NCBI RefSeq assembly: GCF_004010195.1
Contig: NC_057717.1
Span: 73,560,087 to 73,624,086 of the forward strand
Source: Chiloscyllium plagiosum
Lineage: Eukaryota
Length of the DNA stretch: 64,000 nt
Direction: 5' to 3'
Shown in pieces: positions 22,795 to 35,449 of this stretch (positions are counted from its first letter, which is position 1; every line of letters starts with the position of its first letter). A program made the translations under genes and the position numbers. The notes beneath the pieces were generated by a model. The model saw nothing but the letters and a program-made list of their open reading frames with translations. It did not search any database and was not told the DNA's origin.

Positions 22795-24110
22795 AATGAC
22801 AGCTTGAAAGCGAATTGAAAGCAGATGAAATAAAAGAACAAAAGAAAAGATGGTCCTCACAGAAGAAAGGGGAAACAAGAGGGGAAAAAGGGAATAGAGG
22901 GAAAATTGAGAGTTTGATTTTAGATGTTGGCAACGAAAGAGAAAAAGCAAACATAAAAAATGGTTAAGGTTGAAAGTAGGATAATATTAATTCTCACAAA
23001 GTTGACAACTCGAACTAGAGCGGTGCTTGCATCATTATCAGAGGATCGGGGAGTATCATTAGGTAAAACAAAAGCACATCGTAGGTTCAAATGAACTCGT
23101 GCGGAAAGTCTGCACAAATTGTTTTAGAAATTCAAGGACTGAAAGTGTTCACACGTAGATGGAGTTTGAAAGCATCAAACAAAATAACTTTGATTGTGGA
23201 AAAGGGCATGGAAAATAAGTCATATGATCCTCTTTTAGAGACTGTTAATTTGGATGAATTTAAAAATTCACTTTCTGGAATATTGAGGACTTATGGCGAA
23301 GAGCAGAGATTTCAAACTGCAAGATTAGCAGAAGAAATGGCAGATGATTATGAGTTAGCTTATAAATCAAAGTTTATTTCCTGACATCAATTTCAATGTT
23401 TGTGGGACAGAAATTGTGGAAAAGAGAAAACCTCAGGTTCTAAGGGAAAAAAGCGATTTCACTGGAAATAGTAAAGATATATTATCACAAACTAAAATGG
23501 AAACCAATGAGGAAGGAATCAGAAGTAAACCACGTCAGGTGTTTTGACTGTAATAAAGTAGGACACATGATGTCGCTATTTTGACGGTTTGAAGAAACAT
23601 TGTGACAGCAGATGTGGGAAGACAAGATAACCAATTGGAATTTTATTCAACGAGATACTAGTGGAAGATGAAGAACTGCAAATTAATGTATAGGCTGCTC
23701 AGGTGTTGGTCTTTAAGAAAATGCCAGATGTCTTTAAAACGTTATCTGTGTAGGAATAGTTTACTCATGGGTACCAAGAGCTGTCGGTAAATAAATTGAC
23801 ATTTTAAGAGATATAGGAGTGAGTCAATCTTTACTGATGAGAAATGACGAGTTGTGCACTCTGAAAGAAGTATTGCCAGAAAATGTGGTAATATGTATGG
23901 AAAAGTAGTGCTAAATTTTATAAAGTGACGTTGGAGAGTCCGGTGAAAAGTGCTGAATTGGTTGTCAGAATAAAAGACAAATTCTCTGTTCCATAAATAC
24001 CATCTCCTCGGAAATGGTCATGCTGTATGTTGAGTGGGAGTGATGCCTGCTATATATTGAAAAGTGAGTGGAAAATCAGGCCGCTGAGCTGTTATGGAAG
24101 TACTGTATAT
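22795..24110 (+). mobile_element. Ty3/Gypsy (SCAN-type gag, Gmr1-like) remnant
   Basis: LDEFKNSL..LRTYGEEQ..TARLAEEMADDYEL gag; zinc-knuckle remnant CFDCNKVGH at ~23539; protease ILRDIGVSQSLL at ~23801. Confidence 0.75.
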
Positions 24111-24129
24111 GATGGAACTTTAGATGGCT

Positions 24130-24695
24130 AGGAGAAAGTGAGGAGTGAAGATGCTGAAGATCAGAGTGGAGAGCGTAGTGCTGGAAAAGCACAGTAGATC
24201 AGGCAGTATCCAAGGAGCAGGAGAATCGATGTTTCTTGCATAAGTCCTTCATCAGGAACGAGACTTGTGGATAGGGGCTTAGAGATAAATGGGAGTGGAT
24301 GGGGTTTGGGGAGAGGTAGCTCAGAAAGCGATAGGTGGATGATGATGAGAAAGAAGGTGATAGGTCCGAGGGGGGAGTGATGGACAGGTCTAGAGGGTGG
24401 TACCGATTTGGAGGCGAGGGCTTGGATAGTTTACGGGACGGGAAATTGGAAGCTGTTGGAATTCACACATGCCGTGTGGTTGCAGGTTTACAAGGATGAA
24501 TATGAAGCATTCATCCTCCAGACATGGGGTGGTAATGGTTTGGCGGTAAAGAAAGCCCAGGATCTGCATGTTCTTGATGGAGTGGGAAGGAGAGTTGAGG
24601 TGTTCAGCCACGGGGTGGTGGGTTTGGTGGGTGTCGGAGTCCCAGAGATGTTCTCTGAAATGATCCTCAAGAAGGCGTCTTGTCTCCCTGATGTA
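24130..24695 (-). mobile_element. Penelope-like element 3' fragment
   Basis: MAEHLNSPSH..; terminal repeat like 4237-4365. Confidence 0.85.
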
Positions 24696-24999
24696 GGTCC
24701 TGAGCTTTCCTTAAATGTTAGAACAATAGAAGCAGCGTGAATAGGTGGTTTAAGACTCCTATAGAACCAGGGTTATGGCTTTTCTTTCAGTTATTGCTGG
24801 GGTTTTTACGTTTATTGTGAAAACTGCTATACATCTCACTCAGCCACAGCAAAATACTAGAGTTCTCTCTTTGTGTCCAATATTTTTCTTGGAGTTCTGT
24901 TCTCCTTGACTGGAGACACATTACATGTAACTGAATCACTTTTACTGATTTTGCCTTTGCCAAGTGTGTGCTTATGATTATTTACTGCATTGGAACTGT

Positions 25000-25961
25000 T
25001 AGAACATAGAACATAGAAGAATACAGCGCAGTACAGGCCCTTTGGCCCTCGATGTTGTGCCGATCCAAGCCCACCTAGCCTATACTAACCCATTATCCTC
25101 CATATACCTATCCAATGCCCGCTTAAATGCCCATAAAGAGGGAGAGTCCACCACTGCTACTGGCAGGGCATTCCATGAACTTACGACTCGCTGAGTGAAG
25201 AACCTACCCCTAAATTCAGTCCTATATCTACCCCCCTTAATTTAAAGCTATGCCCCCTTGTAATACCCGACTCCATACGCGGGAAAAGGTTCACACTGTC
25301 AACCCTATCTAACCCCCTAATCATCTTGTACACCTCAATCAAGTCACCCCTAAACCTTCTTTTCTCTAATGAAAACAGCCCCAAGTGTCTCAGTCTTTCC
25401 TCATACGATCTTCCTTCCATACCAGGCAACATCCTGGTAAACCTCCTCTGCACCCGTTCCAGTGCCTCCACCTCCTTCCTATAGTATGGCGACCAAAACT
25501 GCACACAATATTCCAGATGCGGCCGCACCAGAGTCTTATACAACTGCAACATGACCTCAGTACTCCGGAACTCAATTCCTCTACCAATAAAAGCCAGTAT
25601 GCCATATGCCTTCCTCACCGCACTATTTACCTGGGTGGCAACTTTCAGAGATCTGTGTACATGGACACCAAGATCCCTCTGCTCATCCACACTACCAAGT
25701 ATCCGACCATTAGCCCAGTACCCCATCTTTTTGTTATTCTTCCCAAAGTGAATCACCTCACACTTAGCTACATTGAATTCCATTTGCCACCTTTCTGCCC
25801 AGCTCTGAAGCTTCTCTATATCCTGCTGTAACCTGCCACATCCTTCCTCACTGTCAACAACTCCTCCGACTTTCGTATCATCCGCAAACTTGCTCACCCA
25901 ACCTTCTAACCCCTCTTCCAGGTCATTTATAAAAATGACAAACAGCAATGGTCCCAAAACA
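25000..25961 (-). mobile_element. Young 5'-truncated CR1
   Basis: 258-aa uninterrupted RT C-terminus ([19 protein letters not shown]), (TTCTATG)n tail. Confidence 0.95.
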
Positions 25962-26099
25962 GAACATTGCTATTTATTAATTAAATACTCTATTTCTTTG
26001 TTAATTTACAAATGCAGTTAAGTTAGACGAATTCTTCTTTATTTTGATTGTATTTAACCAGGTGTAACAATAAAGTGTGCTGCATTTTTTCAAACATTT

Positions 26100-27925
26100 A
26101 TAGCTTGGTTTGTGGTGAGGTCGTAGATTCGTTTGCTGAGCTTTTCTCCAGACATTTGGTTGCCTCACTTGGTGACAATGTCAGTGTCTGTTCGATACGG
26201 TGTTGGTAGTTCTATCCCGCCTGGTAGTTATGTTTCTCTGTATTTTGGTATTTCCGGTTCTGTATGTGCGTGGTTTGTGTATGGGGAGTAGTTCAATGTG
26301 TTTATTGATTGAGCTCCAGTTAGAGCGCCAGGATTCAAGGAATTCTCTCACGTGTTTCTGTTTAGCCTGTGCTAACATGGTTACGTTGTCTCATTTGAAT
26401 TGATGTCATTCGTCATCACCATGGTTGGAAATGAAAGAGTACTGGTCGTTCCTGGCAGTGGAGAGCTGATGTTCGTGCACTCGTGTGGTCAATTTTCTTC
26501 CTGTTTGCCCTATGTAGTGCTTTTTTTTCACAATCATTGCAGGATATCTTGCGGAGAACATTTGTTCTGTTGGATGTGGATGTTGGGTCTTTAACATTTG
26601 TAAGGAGATGGTGGAAGGTGTTTACTAATTTGTGGGCCACTAAGATTCCTAGGGGTCTGAGTAGCTGAGTAGTCATTTCTGATATTTCTTTGATATACCG
26701 TATGGTCACAATCGTGTTTGGTCGAGCACTGTTTTCTTCTTTGTTTTGTTGTGTAAGTATCGGAGGATAGGACTCTTCTGGTAACCTTTTTGCTTAAATC
26801 CCTTAAATAGGTGATCCTGTTCTGTCTTCCTGAGTTCGGGGTTACTACAGCGTGTCCTTGCTCATTTAGACACTGCTCTAATGCAACGTCGTTTGTGAGT
26901 GCTGGGGTGGTTGCTGTTATAGTGAAGTATGTGTGTAGGTATTCTTCCTCGTCTGGAGTTCACTGGTAAGTGCGCGTTCCATTAATACGTTCAGGAAGGG
27001 GTGTCTTTTGTTGTTTTCATCTTATATAGTGAACTTTATTCTGGTGACAATGTTATTGCTGTGGTGGTGGGTTTCTACCAGTTGTGTACAGTTAGTGATG
27101 ACAAGGTATCATCGACATAGCGGATCCAGGGTTTGGGTTGGATGTTGAGGAGGGCTATCGATTCCCAGCGTTGCATTACTGCTTCTGTTATCTGTCCTGA
27201 TATCAATGGCCCCATTGGTGTACCGTTGATTTGTCTATGCACTTGTTCATTGAATGTAAAGTGAGTACCAAGGCATAGGTACAGTAGTTTTAGCGTGCTG
27301 TTCTTCTTGGTGCTGCTGAATTTGTTGTCTGTCCAAGTAACTGCAATGGTATTCTTGGCTAAGTCGATATGTATAGATGTAAGGCGCACTGTTACATCAA
27401 ATAAAATCATTATTTCATCCTTTTCTATTGTGGTTTCAGTGACGGTGTTAAGAAGCTCTTGGGAGGAGTGGATGGAGTGATTGAAGAATTCTATAAGGTG
27501 TCTTGGTCTTGGTTACAGCTCCTTGGCTCTTCTGTAGGTAGGTGTCTCTGGAAGTGATGCATTAGATCTGTGGAGGGGAGGGGGGCACCTGCTTTGTGAG
27601 CCTTGTGCAGTCCGTAGAGTCGGGTGCGTTGGAATCGTCAGGTTTCTTTTTAATTCAGGTCTGTTTTGCTGCTATCGCATGTGCTGTGTAGTTGCTTCAG
27701 AGTCACAGGAATTTCGTTCACGACTTGAGATGTGGTGTCGTCGCCACCTGTCGGTACGTAGAGGTATTGCTGAGTAGTTCGTTTGCTTTCTCCATGTGCT
27801 TTTCGCTGTTTAGTATTACCGTCATTCTCTTTTTGTTTGCTGGTAGTATAATTATGTTCTTGTCCCTTTTGAGTGTCTGCAGTATTTCCTTTTTTTCTGT
27901 GGTGAATGTGTTCCAGTTCCATTTC
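26100..27925 (-). mobile_element. Second Penelope-like family (RT plus GIY-YIG), degenerate
   Basis: QINGTPMGPLISG, WIRYVDDT, C..C...YIGQTGRKLTTRVHEH. Confidence 0.85.
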
Positions 27926-27929
27926 CATT

Positions 27930-29070
27930 TAGAGGAGGTTGAACAGTTCATCCACTTTTCTAACACCTTCCACCCCGACCTCAAATTTAACCGGACCATC
28001 TCAGACTCCTCCCTCCCCTTCCAAGACCTCTCCATTTCTATCTCGGACGACCGACTCAACACGGACGTTTACTATAAACCGACCGACTCCCACATCTACC
28101 TAGATTACACCTCCTCCCACTCTGCCCCCTAAAAACGCCATCCCATATTCCCAATTCCTTCGCCTTTGCCGCATCTGCTCCCAGGAGGACCAATTCCAAT
28201 ACCGAACAACCCAGATGGCCTCCTTCTTCAAAGACCGCAATTTGCCCCCAGACGTGGTTGACGATGCTCTCCACTCCTCCGCCCTTGAACTCCTATCGTC
28301 ACTAGGACAGAACCCCACTGGTCCTCACCTACCACCCCACCAACCTCCAGATACATCGTATCATCCTCCGTCATTTCCACCACCTCCAAACGGACCCCAC
28401 CACCAAGGATATATTTCCCTCCCCTCCAATATCAGTGTACCGGAAAGACCACTCCCTCCGTGACTCCCTCGTCAGATCCACACACCCCACCAACCAAACC
28501 TCCACTCCCGGCACCTTCCCCTGCAACCGCAAGAAATGCAAAACATGCACCCACACCTCCCCCCTCACTTCCCTCCAAGACCCCAAGGGATCCTTCCATA
28601 TCCACCACANNNNNNNNNNNNNNNNNNNNNNNNNNNNNNNNNNNNNNNNNNNNNNNNNNNNNNNNNNNNNNNNNNNNNNNNNNNNNNNNNNNNNNNNNNN
28701 NNNNNNNNNNNNNNNNNNNNNNNNNNNNNNNNNNNNNNNNNNNNNNNCCACCTTTTCTCAGTCCCAACCCTCAGACTCAGCACCGCCTTCTTGACCTGCA
28801 ATCTTCTTCCCGACCTCTCCGCCCCCATCCCCTCTCCGGCCTTTCACCCTCACCTTAATCTCCTTCCACCTATCGTATTCCTAACGCCCCTCCCCCAAGT
28901 CCCTCCTCCCTACCTTTTATTTTAGCCTGCTTGGCATACCTTCCTCATTCCTGAAGAACGGCTTATGCACGAAACTTCTGTTCCTTTGATGCTGCCTGAC
29001 ATGCTGCGCTTTTCCAGCAACACATTTTAAAACTCTGATCTCCAGCATCTGCAGTCCTCACTTTCTCGTA
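27930..29070 (+). mobile_element. Penelope-like element 3' part (gap inside)
   Basis: LPFQDLSI..TDVYYKPTDSH..; FPCNRKKCKTC; terminal repeat with degenerate hammerhead at 28951. Confidence 0.88.
28610..28747. other. Assembly gap
   Basis: N run. Confidence 1.
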
Positions 29071-29134
29071 GCTATCGTGTATCTGAAAGGCTGTTGTGTT
29101 TCTACATCTCGTCCATTTTATTTTCAGTGTGGTT

Positions 29135-29400
29135 TTATATTAGATTAAACTTCCTACAGGTTGGAAACAGAGTAACCCACCCAGACGCATTTCCATCTGA
29201 CTAATGCACCTAGCATTATGGGGCAATTTAGCTAGGCCAATTTAGCTGACTGCATATCATTGGATTGTGGGAGGAAACCGGAAAAACTGGAGGAAAACAA
29301 TGCAGACAAAGCGAGAATGTGCAAACTCCACACAGGTAGTCGCCCGAAGCTGGAATTGAACCTGGTTCTGTGAGGCAGCAGTGATAAACCTGCTGTACCT
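29135..29400 (-). mobile_element. HE1-like SINE
   Basis: Reverse complement of the SINE body. Confidence 0.75.
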
Positions 29401-29404
29401 CCCC

Positions 29405-29672
29405 GATTTGTAGTTTGGTTTGTGGATGACATCGTAGATTCCTTCGCCAAGCTGGTCCCATTTTCTGCAAATATTTTGTCGCCTTTTTAGTTGCGTCAGT
29501 ACATGTTCGATGCTGTGTTGGTGGCGTGTCCCGCCTCGTGTTTATGTGACTCTGCTTTTTGGTATTTCCGGTTCTGTATGTGTGTAGTTTGTGTGGGGTC
29601 CAGTTCAATGTGGTTATTGATTGAGTTCCGTTTGGAGTGCCAGCTTTTTTTTAGGAATTCTCTCATGTCTCT
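29405..29672 (-). mobile_element. Penelope-like 3' fragment (same family as 26100-26360)
   Basis: REFL..SWHS..SINNHIELDP. Confidence 0.65.
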
Positions 29673-29837
29673 GTTACTCCCGTCGTACTCAGAGATAACC
29701 TTCTCCACTGTCCACTACACCAACAAATTTGGTATCATCTTCAAAACTCGTGATCATTGCTCCTATATTTACATTCAAATCATGTTGATACATTTACTTT
29801 CGATAGGATGCATTTCTTGAATGATTAATTCTCATTT

Positions 29838-30375
29838 CTAATCACTATTTGGTGTTGGCCTTCGCTTCCTGGGTTATATCGATGCAGACATGATGTGGTC
29901 AGTGATCACCAAAGGAATTAATATCAGCACAATGACTTATATCTGTACTCCTGACGCTCATATTAATAATATCGTGAGATTAACCTGGTCTCGCTTTATT
30001 GGATTGAGTGGGAATTACACATTCTGCATGAGGTTCACAGTAGAGGCATTGTTTTGACCTGTCATAACTGATGTCAGTCATAAGGTCTGATGGACACAGT
30101 CTGTTTCGCCAATAGCCAGTGCTCGAACATAAAGGGTGACCTTCAAGGCATTTTCTTGGCATAGAATAAAATTGGTTATTATTTATTTTTCCAGTTGTAG
30201 ATAGACTCATTGGAGTCACCGTTTTCTGCCTGATTTCAACTCCATTGTACATGCCCAGGCCCGTGTCCCTTTTGAACATATGAATGCCAGAATTAACATT
30301 GCATTGTGAGTCCAGCTCGAAAAGGCCAGTGCAACTTCATTATTGCTAGCTGCTGAAAAATTGTCTCAGAGCTGA
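29838..30375 (-). pseudogene. Decayed V-set plus TM pseudo-exon, NKp30/NCR3-like layout
   Basis: Minus-strand acceptor TTTTTTTCCACAG|; manual translation SSETIFQQ...LTMQC*FWHSYVQKGHGPGHVQW, a frameshift, then NFILCQENALKVTLYVRALAIGETDC...GQNNASTVNL...NLTILLI*ASGVQI*VIVLILIPLVI...PRKRRP...*; multiple stops. Confidence 0.5.
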
Positions 30376-30519
30376 CTGTGGAAAAAAAATAACATTTCCC
30401 CTCGGAGAATCAGATGCTGTTTCAAAATATATTGGTCAGACATGCAATTAGATCTGTCTCGCCTGCCATTTGCCAAGTACATCTCCTCTGGAAAAATGCA
30501 GAAGGAGTAATGATTTTAA

Positions 30520-32060
30520 CAAAGAAAAATAGAATAATTACGAGTAGCAGTAAGGCTTCAGCCCTCCGAACCTGATGCATCATTCAACATGAACATGCCT
30601 CATCATCTGACACTGTCGATTGTTACTAATTTCACTAACAACCTCTTAATTGCCGTAGCCCTGAGAAATATATTCATCTTCATCTTGAAAATATTGTGGC
30701 ATCAACTACATCTGTGGCCAAGAATTCCACAGGGACACTACTCTCAGTGTGAAAAGCAATTCTCCTCACCTGTGTTAAAGATGGTCTTCCAATGTCCAGA
30801 GATTGTCAGTCCAGGTTGTTGACTCCCCGAATACTGGGGACATACTTTCAAACTTTATGTGTCTCGTCCTGTTAGAGTTTTGTGTGATTTTTAAGAGATC
30901 TATCATCACGCCAATCCGAACTGCCCTAACTGATTGAATCTATTTATGCATCAAACCTGCCATCACAATCTGGTAAACCTTCATTGCGTTCCCTCTATCG
31001 CCAGAAATCATTATCAGATAAGCAGACCCTACATGTACACAATACTCCAGATGCGATCTCATCATTGGAGTGAGGCATACCTGTTCCCATATTCAACTCC
31101 TCTCGCTTGCCTTCTTCAATACCTGCTGCCGCTAAATGCTTACTTCGTGTGAGTTGTGTACAAGGACACAGCTTTCTGGCACTCCTTCATTCCTAAAATG
31201 ATTGCCATAAACCACCTTCCCGTTTTTCCTTGCAAAAATGGATAATCTCTCATTTAGCCATGTTATATTTAAATGCAATGGGTCAGTTAGATCAGTTGAC
31301 TGGTTTGTGATACAGAGTGGTATCAACAGCATGGGCTCAATTCCTACACAAGTTGAGGTTACCATGAGCACTCTTCTTCTCAACATTTCTCCTTGCTTGA
31401 GATGAGGTGACCCTCTCGTTATGCCATCATCCGTTACTGTACTTCTCCAAAGACAAAGCAGCCATTTGGTTCAGTCGGGTAGTGGTGGCCTCTTTCTTTA
31501 CATCATCTGTCATGCATTTTACCACTCAGTGAACTTGTCTAACTCATGCAGAAGAATATCTTCATTCTCCTGAGAGTTTATGTTCCAATCTAATGTTTTA
31601 TCGTCTGCATACTTGTATCTATGACATGTACTTTCTCAACAACTCATTGGTATGTATTTTGAAAAAAAAAGATTTGTCGCTGCATTTTGTTTTCTGTCTG
31701 CCAACCAGTCTTTACGCAGATCCATACACTGCCCCAATTCCATAAAATTTAAATTTATAAGCTCATCTCTTATGTTGGAACTTATCAACAGCCATCTGAA
31801 AATTCAAATAAATTACATCCATGGGCTTCCCTTTATCAGCTCCACTAGTTACATATTAGTACAATTTCAATACATTCGTGAAGCATGATTTCAATCTATG
31901 CTGAATCTGTTCGATCTTCACACTGCTTTCTAGGTGCTCTCCTATTACATATTTTATAATTTTCTCACTACTGATGTGAGGCTAACAGGTATATCGTCCT
32001 TTGTGTGCTCCCTACCTCCTTTTCAACAATGGTGTTACATTATCTACCCTTCAAGCCAGG
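30520..32060 (-). mobile_element. Old CR1 remnant with an internal tRNA-SINE (~31275-31500)
   Basis: Decayed reverse-complement CR1 motifs; SINE related to 2070-2290 and 39780-39990. Confidence 0.6.
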
Positions 32061-32179
32061 GGAACTCTTTCTGAATTAATATGGCAGTGACTGTAATGAG
32101 GTCAGCCAAGTGGAGTTCAGAGAATCTGAGCTCCCTTAATCTGGTCCAGTCAAGGAACCCTAGGTGACAGATATATTTT

Positions 32180-33820
32180 AAAAAATAGAACATAGAAGAA
32201 TACAGCGCAGTACAGGTCCTTCGGCCCTCGATGTAGCGCCGATACAAGCCCACCTAAATACCCATAATGAGGGAGAGTCCACCATTGCTACTGGCAGGGC
32301 ATTCCATGAACTCAAGACTCGCTGAGTAAAGAACCTACCCCTAACATCTGTCCTATACCTAATACCCCTTAATTTCAAGCTATGCCCCCTTGTAATAGCT
32401 GACTCCATACGTGGAAAACGATTCTCACTGTCGACCCTATCTAAACCCCTAATCATCTTGTACACCTCTATCAAGTCACCCCTAAACCNNNNNNNNNNNN
32501 NNNNNNNNNNNNNNNNNNNNNNNNNNNNNNNNNNNNNNNNNNNNNNNNNNNNNNNNNNNNNNNNNNNNNNNNNNNNNNNNNNNNNNNNNNNNNNNNNNNN
32601 NNNNNNNNNNNNNNNNNNNNNNNNNNNNNNNNNNNNNNNNNNNNNNNNNNNNNNNNNNNNNNNNNNNNNNNNNNNNNNNNNNNNNNNNNNNNNNNNNNNN
32701 NNNNNNNNNNNNNNNNNNNNNNNNNNNNNNNNNNNNNNNNNNNNNNNNNNNNNNNNNNNNNNNNNNNNNNNNNNNNNNNNNNNNNNNNNNNNNNNNNNNN
32801 NNNNNNNNNNNNNNNNNNNNNNNNNNNNNNNNNNNNNNNNNNNNNNNNNNNNNNNNNNNNNNNNNNNNNNNNNNNNNNNNNNNNNNNNNNNNNNNNNNNN
32901 NNNNNNNNNNNNNNNNNNNNNNNNNNNNNNNNNNNNNNNNNNNNNNNNNNNNNNNNNNNNNNNNNNNNNNNNNNNNNNNNNNNNNNNNNNNNNNNNNNNN
33001 NNNNNNNNNNNNNNNNNNNNNNNNNNNNNNNNNNNNNNNNNNNNNNNNNNNNNNNNNTGGTCTACCATGGGGAACCTTATCAAACGCCTTACTAAAATCT
33101 ATATACACCACATCTACCGCTTTCCCCTCGTTCACCTCCTTAGTCACCTTCTCAAAGGATTCAATAAGGTTTGTGAGGCACGACCTGCCCTTCACAAAAC
33201 CGTGCTGACTATCCTTGATCACATTATTCCTATCCAGATGTTCCTAAATCCTATCCCTTACAATTCTCTCCATGATTTTGCCCACAACAGAAGTGAGACT
33301 CACCGGCCTATAGTTTCTAGGGTTATCCCTACTCCCCTTCTTGAACAAGGGAACCACATTTGTTAGCCTCCAATCTTCTGGCACTACTCCTGTAGTCAAC
33401 GAGGACATAAAAATCAAGGCCAATGGCTCTGCAATCTCCTCCCTTGCTTCCCAGAGAATCCTAGGATAAATGCCATCAGGCCCAGGGGACGTTCACCCTT
33501 TTCACCCTTTCCAGAATTTCCAACACCTCTTCTCTACATACCTCAAAGCCATCCATTCTACTTAATTGTGACTCAGTACTCACATTGACAACAATGTCCT
33601 GTTCCTGATTGAATACTGACGAAAAGTATTCATTCAGTGTCTCCCCAATCTCTTCAGCCTCCACACGCAACTTCCCACTACTATCCTTGACTGGACCTAT
33701 TCCTACCCTAGACATTCTTTTATTCCTGGCATACCTGTAGAAAGCCTTAGGGTTTTCCCTAATCCTACCAACTAAGGATCTTTCATGTCCCCTCATTGCT
33801 GCTCTTAGCTCTCTCTTCAG
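32180..33820 (-). mobile_element. Young CR1 (gap 32489-33057 inside)
   Basis: SQHGFVKGRSCLTNL, DFSKAFDKVPH, RGDLIEVYK. Confidence 0.92.
32489..33057. other. Assembly gap
   Basis: N run. Confidence 1.
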
Positions 33821-34323
33821 GAGTGTCAGACATACTGAGGGCCTGATAACTGATGCTAAAGGAGCTGTCAAGAACTTTTCACGTAAAAATAATGGGTGAC
33901 TTGGTGATGGGATATCAACCTCTATTGAGTTTTCTGAAACGTTTAGAAACATAACCGCCAATGCTTGACTGTTTTAGTTACATTTCATTAAGTTTTCTGA
34001 AATGTACGTGACCTGCTCCTGGTGAGTTGGTGATCTTTAATCCGATAAATTTCACTAATATTATTTCCCTTGAGGATAATTACTTCCTTCAGTTCCTCTC
34101 TCTCACTTGACCCTGAATTCCCTACAGTTTCCCGGTTTATTTTTGTCCACCTTTGTGAAGATAGAACACAATGTATTTAATTGATTCTAAAGCTCTCTGT
34201 TCCCCATTGTGTTGTTTCAAAATGTAATGGATCTAAATTGGTCTGAAGTAATTTTTGGAGAACATACTCATTCTAAGTCATTTGCTTATGTCTCAAATTG
34301 TGGTGCCAATAACTGTCGATTAC

Positions 34324-34398
34324 CTCCGGCTCAGATATCGCAGTTTGCATGATGAAAATGGTCCAGAATGTGAAAACAATTAACGTTAGATTAAAAAT
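34324..34398 (-). pseudogene. Possible decayed leader exon of the 29838-30375 pseudogene
   Basis: Minus-strand IFNLTLIVFTFWTIFIMQTAISEPE|GTAATC: hydrophobic, with a good donor and an upstream pyrimidine acceptor; ATT where ATG is expected, and the phase is off by one. Confidence 0.25.
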
Positions 34399-35449
34399 TC
34401 TACTGAGAATGTGGGAGAAAACCTGGAAGGAACTAAATGATTCAGAGCATTACAAATAATGTTGTGTTAAGTGGGAGGGGAAACTGCAAGGCAATGTTCT
34501 AAATATATTGAAATTTGATTAAACAATAATAAACTCTCATAAGAATTGAGCTGAGAAAGAGAATGTGGATGCGACCGGATAGAGATGAAAGTGAAGACAT
34601 CAGGAGGCAAGGATTAGTATGCATGGTGATGGAGCAATGACGTTACCAATTAGATGGGTAAATATAAAATAAAGAAAGTACAAGACTGGGAGCGTAAAAA
34701 GAAAATAAAGAGAGGTTAATATCAATTCAAGAAGCAACATCATATTTCCACAAATTCCCGGTATCATATTTTGGTGACAGCATGACTTTTGGTAATTACA
34801 AAGTTAAAGTCTGCAAATTTAAACTGGAATGCCTGCTGTTCATTTTCCATGAATAGATCTCAATGAAGCTGCACATTAATTTATTCAAACATGCCTACAG
34901 AAAGTTTGTTAAAAAAAAGTGAATGTGCATACTCATATTTTAGGGAAGGAACATAGTCTAATTTGAATCGGTTTAAATATATATGTCCTCTGTGCATATC
35001 AAGATTTGTACCAATCCACAATGAATATTAATGAAAATAATAACCTAGAATTGTTTAATTTTTATTATTTAATGCATATAACATAAAGGAATAGAGATGA
35101 GCGAGGGTGCAATGCCGAAATGAGCAGACAAAAGACAATGAGAAATAAAATGAGAGAAGAACAGAGAAACCTGCTATTGCTACACACTGGATAATGTAAA
35201 GGGGATATGATGTTCCATAACCATAAGAGTTTCGGAAATATCGAGAAACAGTCATCTAATCTGGGAATATTATTTATTAGGGAACAGAGTTAATGTTTCG
35301 AATCTGAGTTGACTCTTCATAAGAACTTATGGAGGGAAGAAATGCCATGAATTGTAAAGTGTTCGTTAGTTGGCTGGTGAAGTAATAAAGCATAAGGTCT
35401 GAGATAAGGTAGAGAGTGCAGTATGCTTGCTAAAATTATACCACAGAGG

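Noticed and set aside
29980-30279. 99-aa Cys-rich minus-strand ORF
   Set aside because: No recognisable domain; the V-set and TM signal lies in the other two minus-strand frames.
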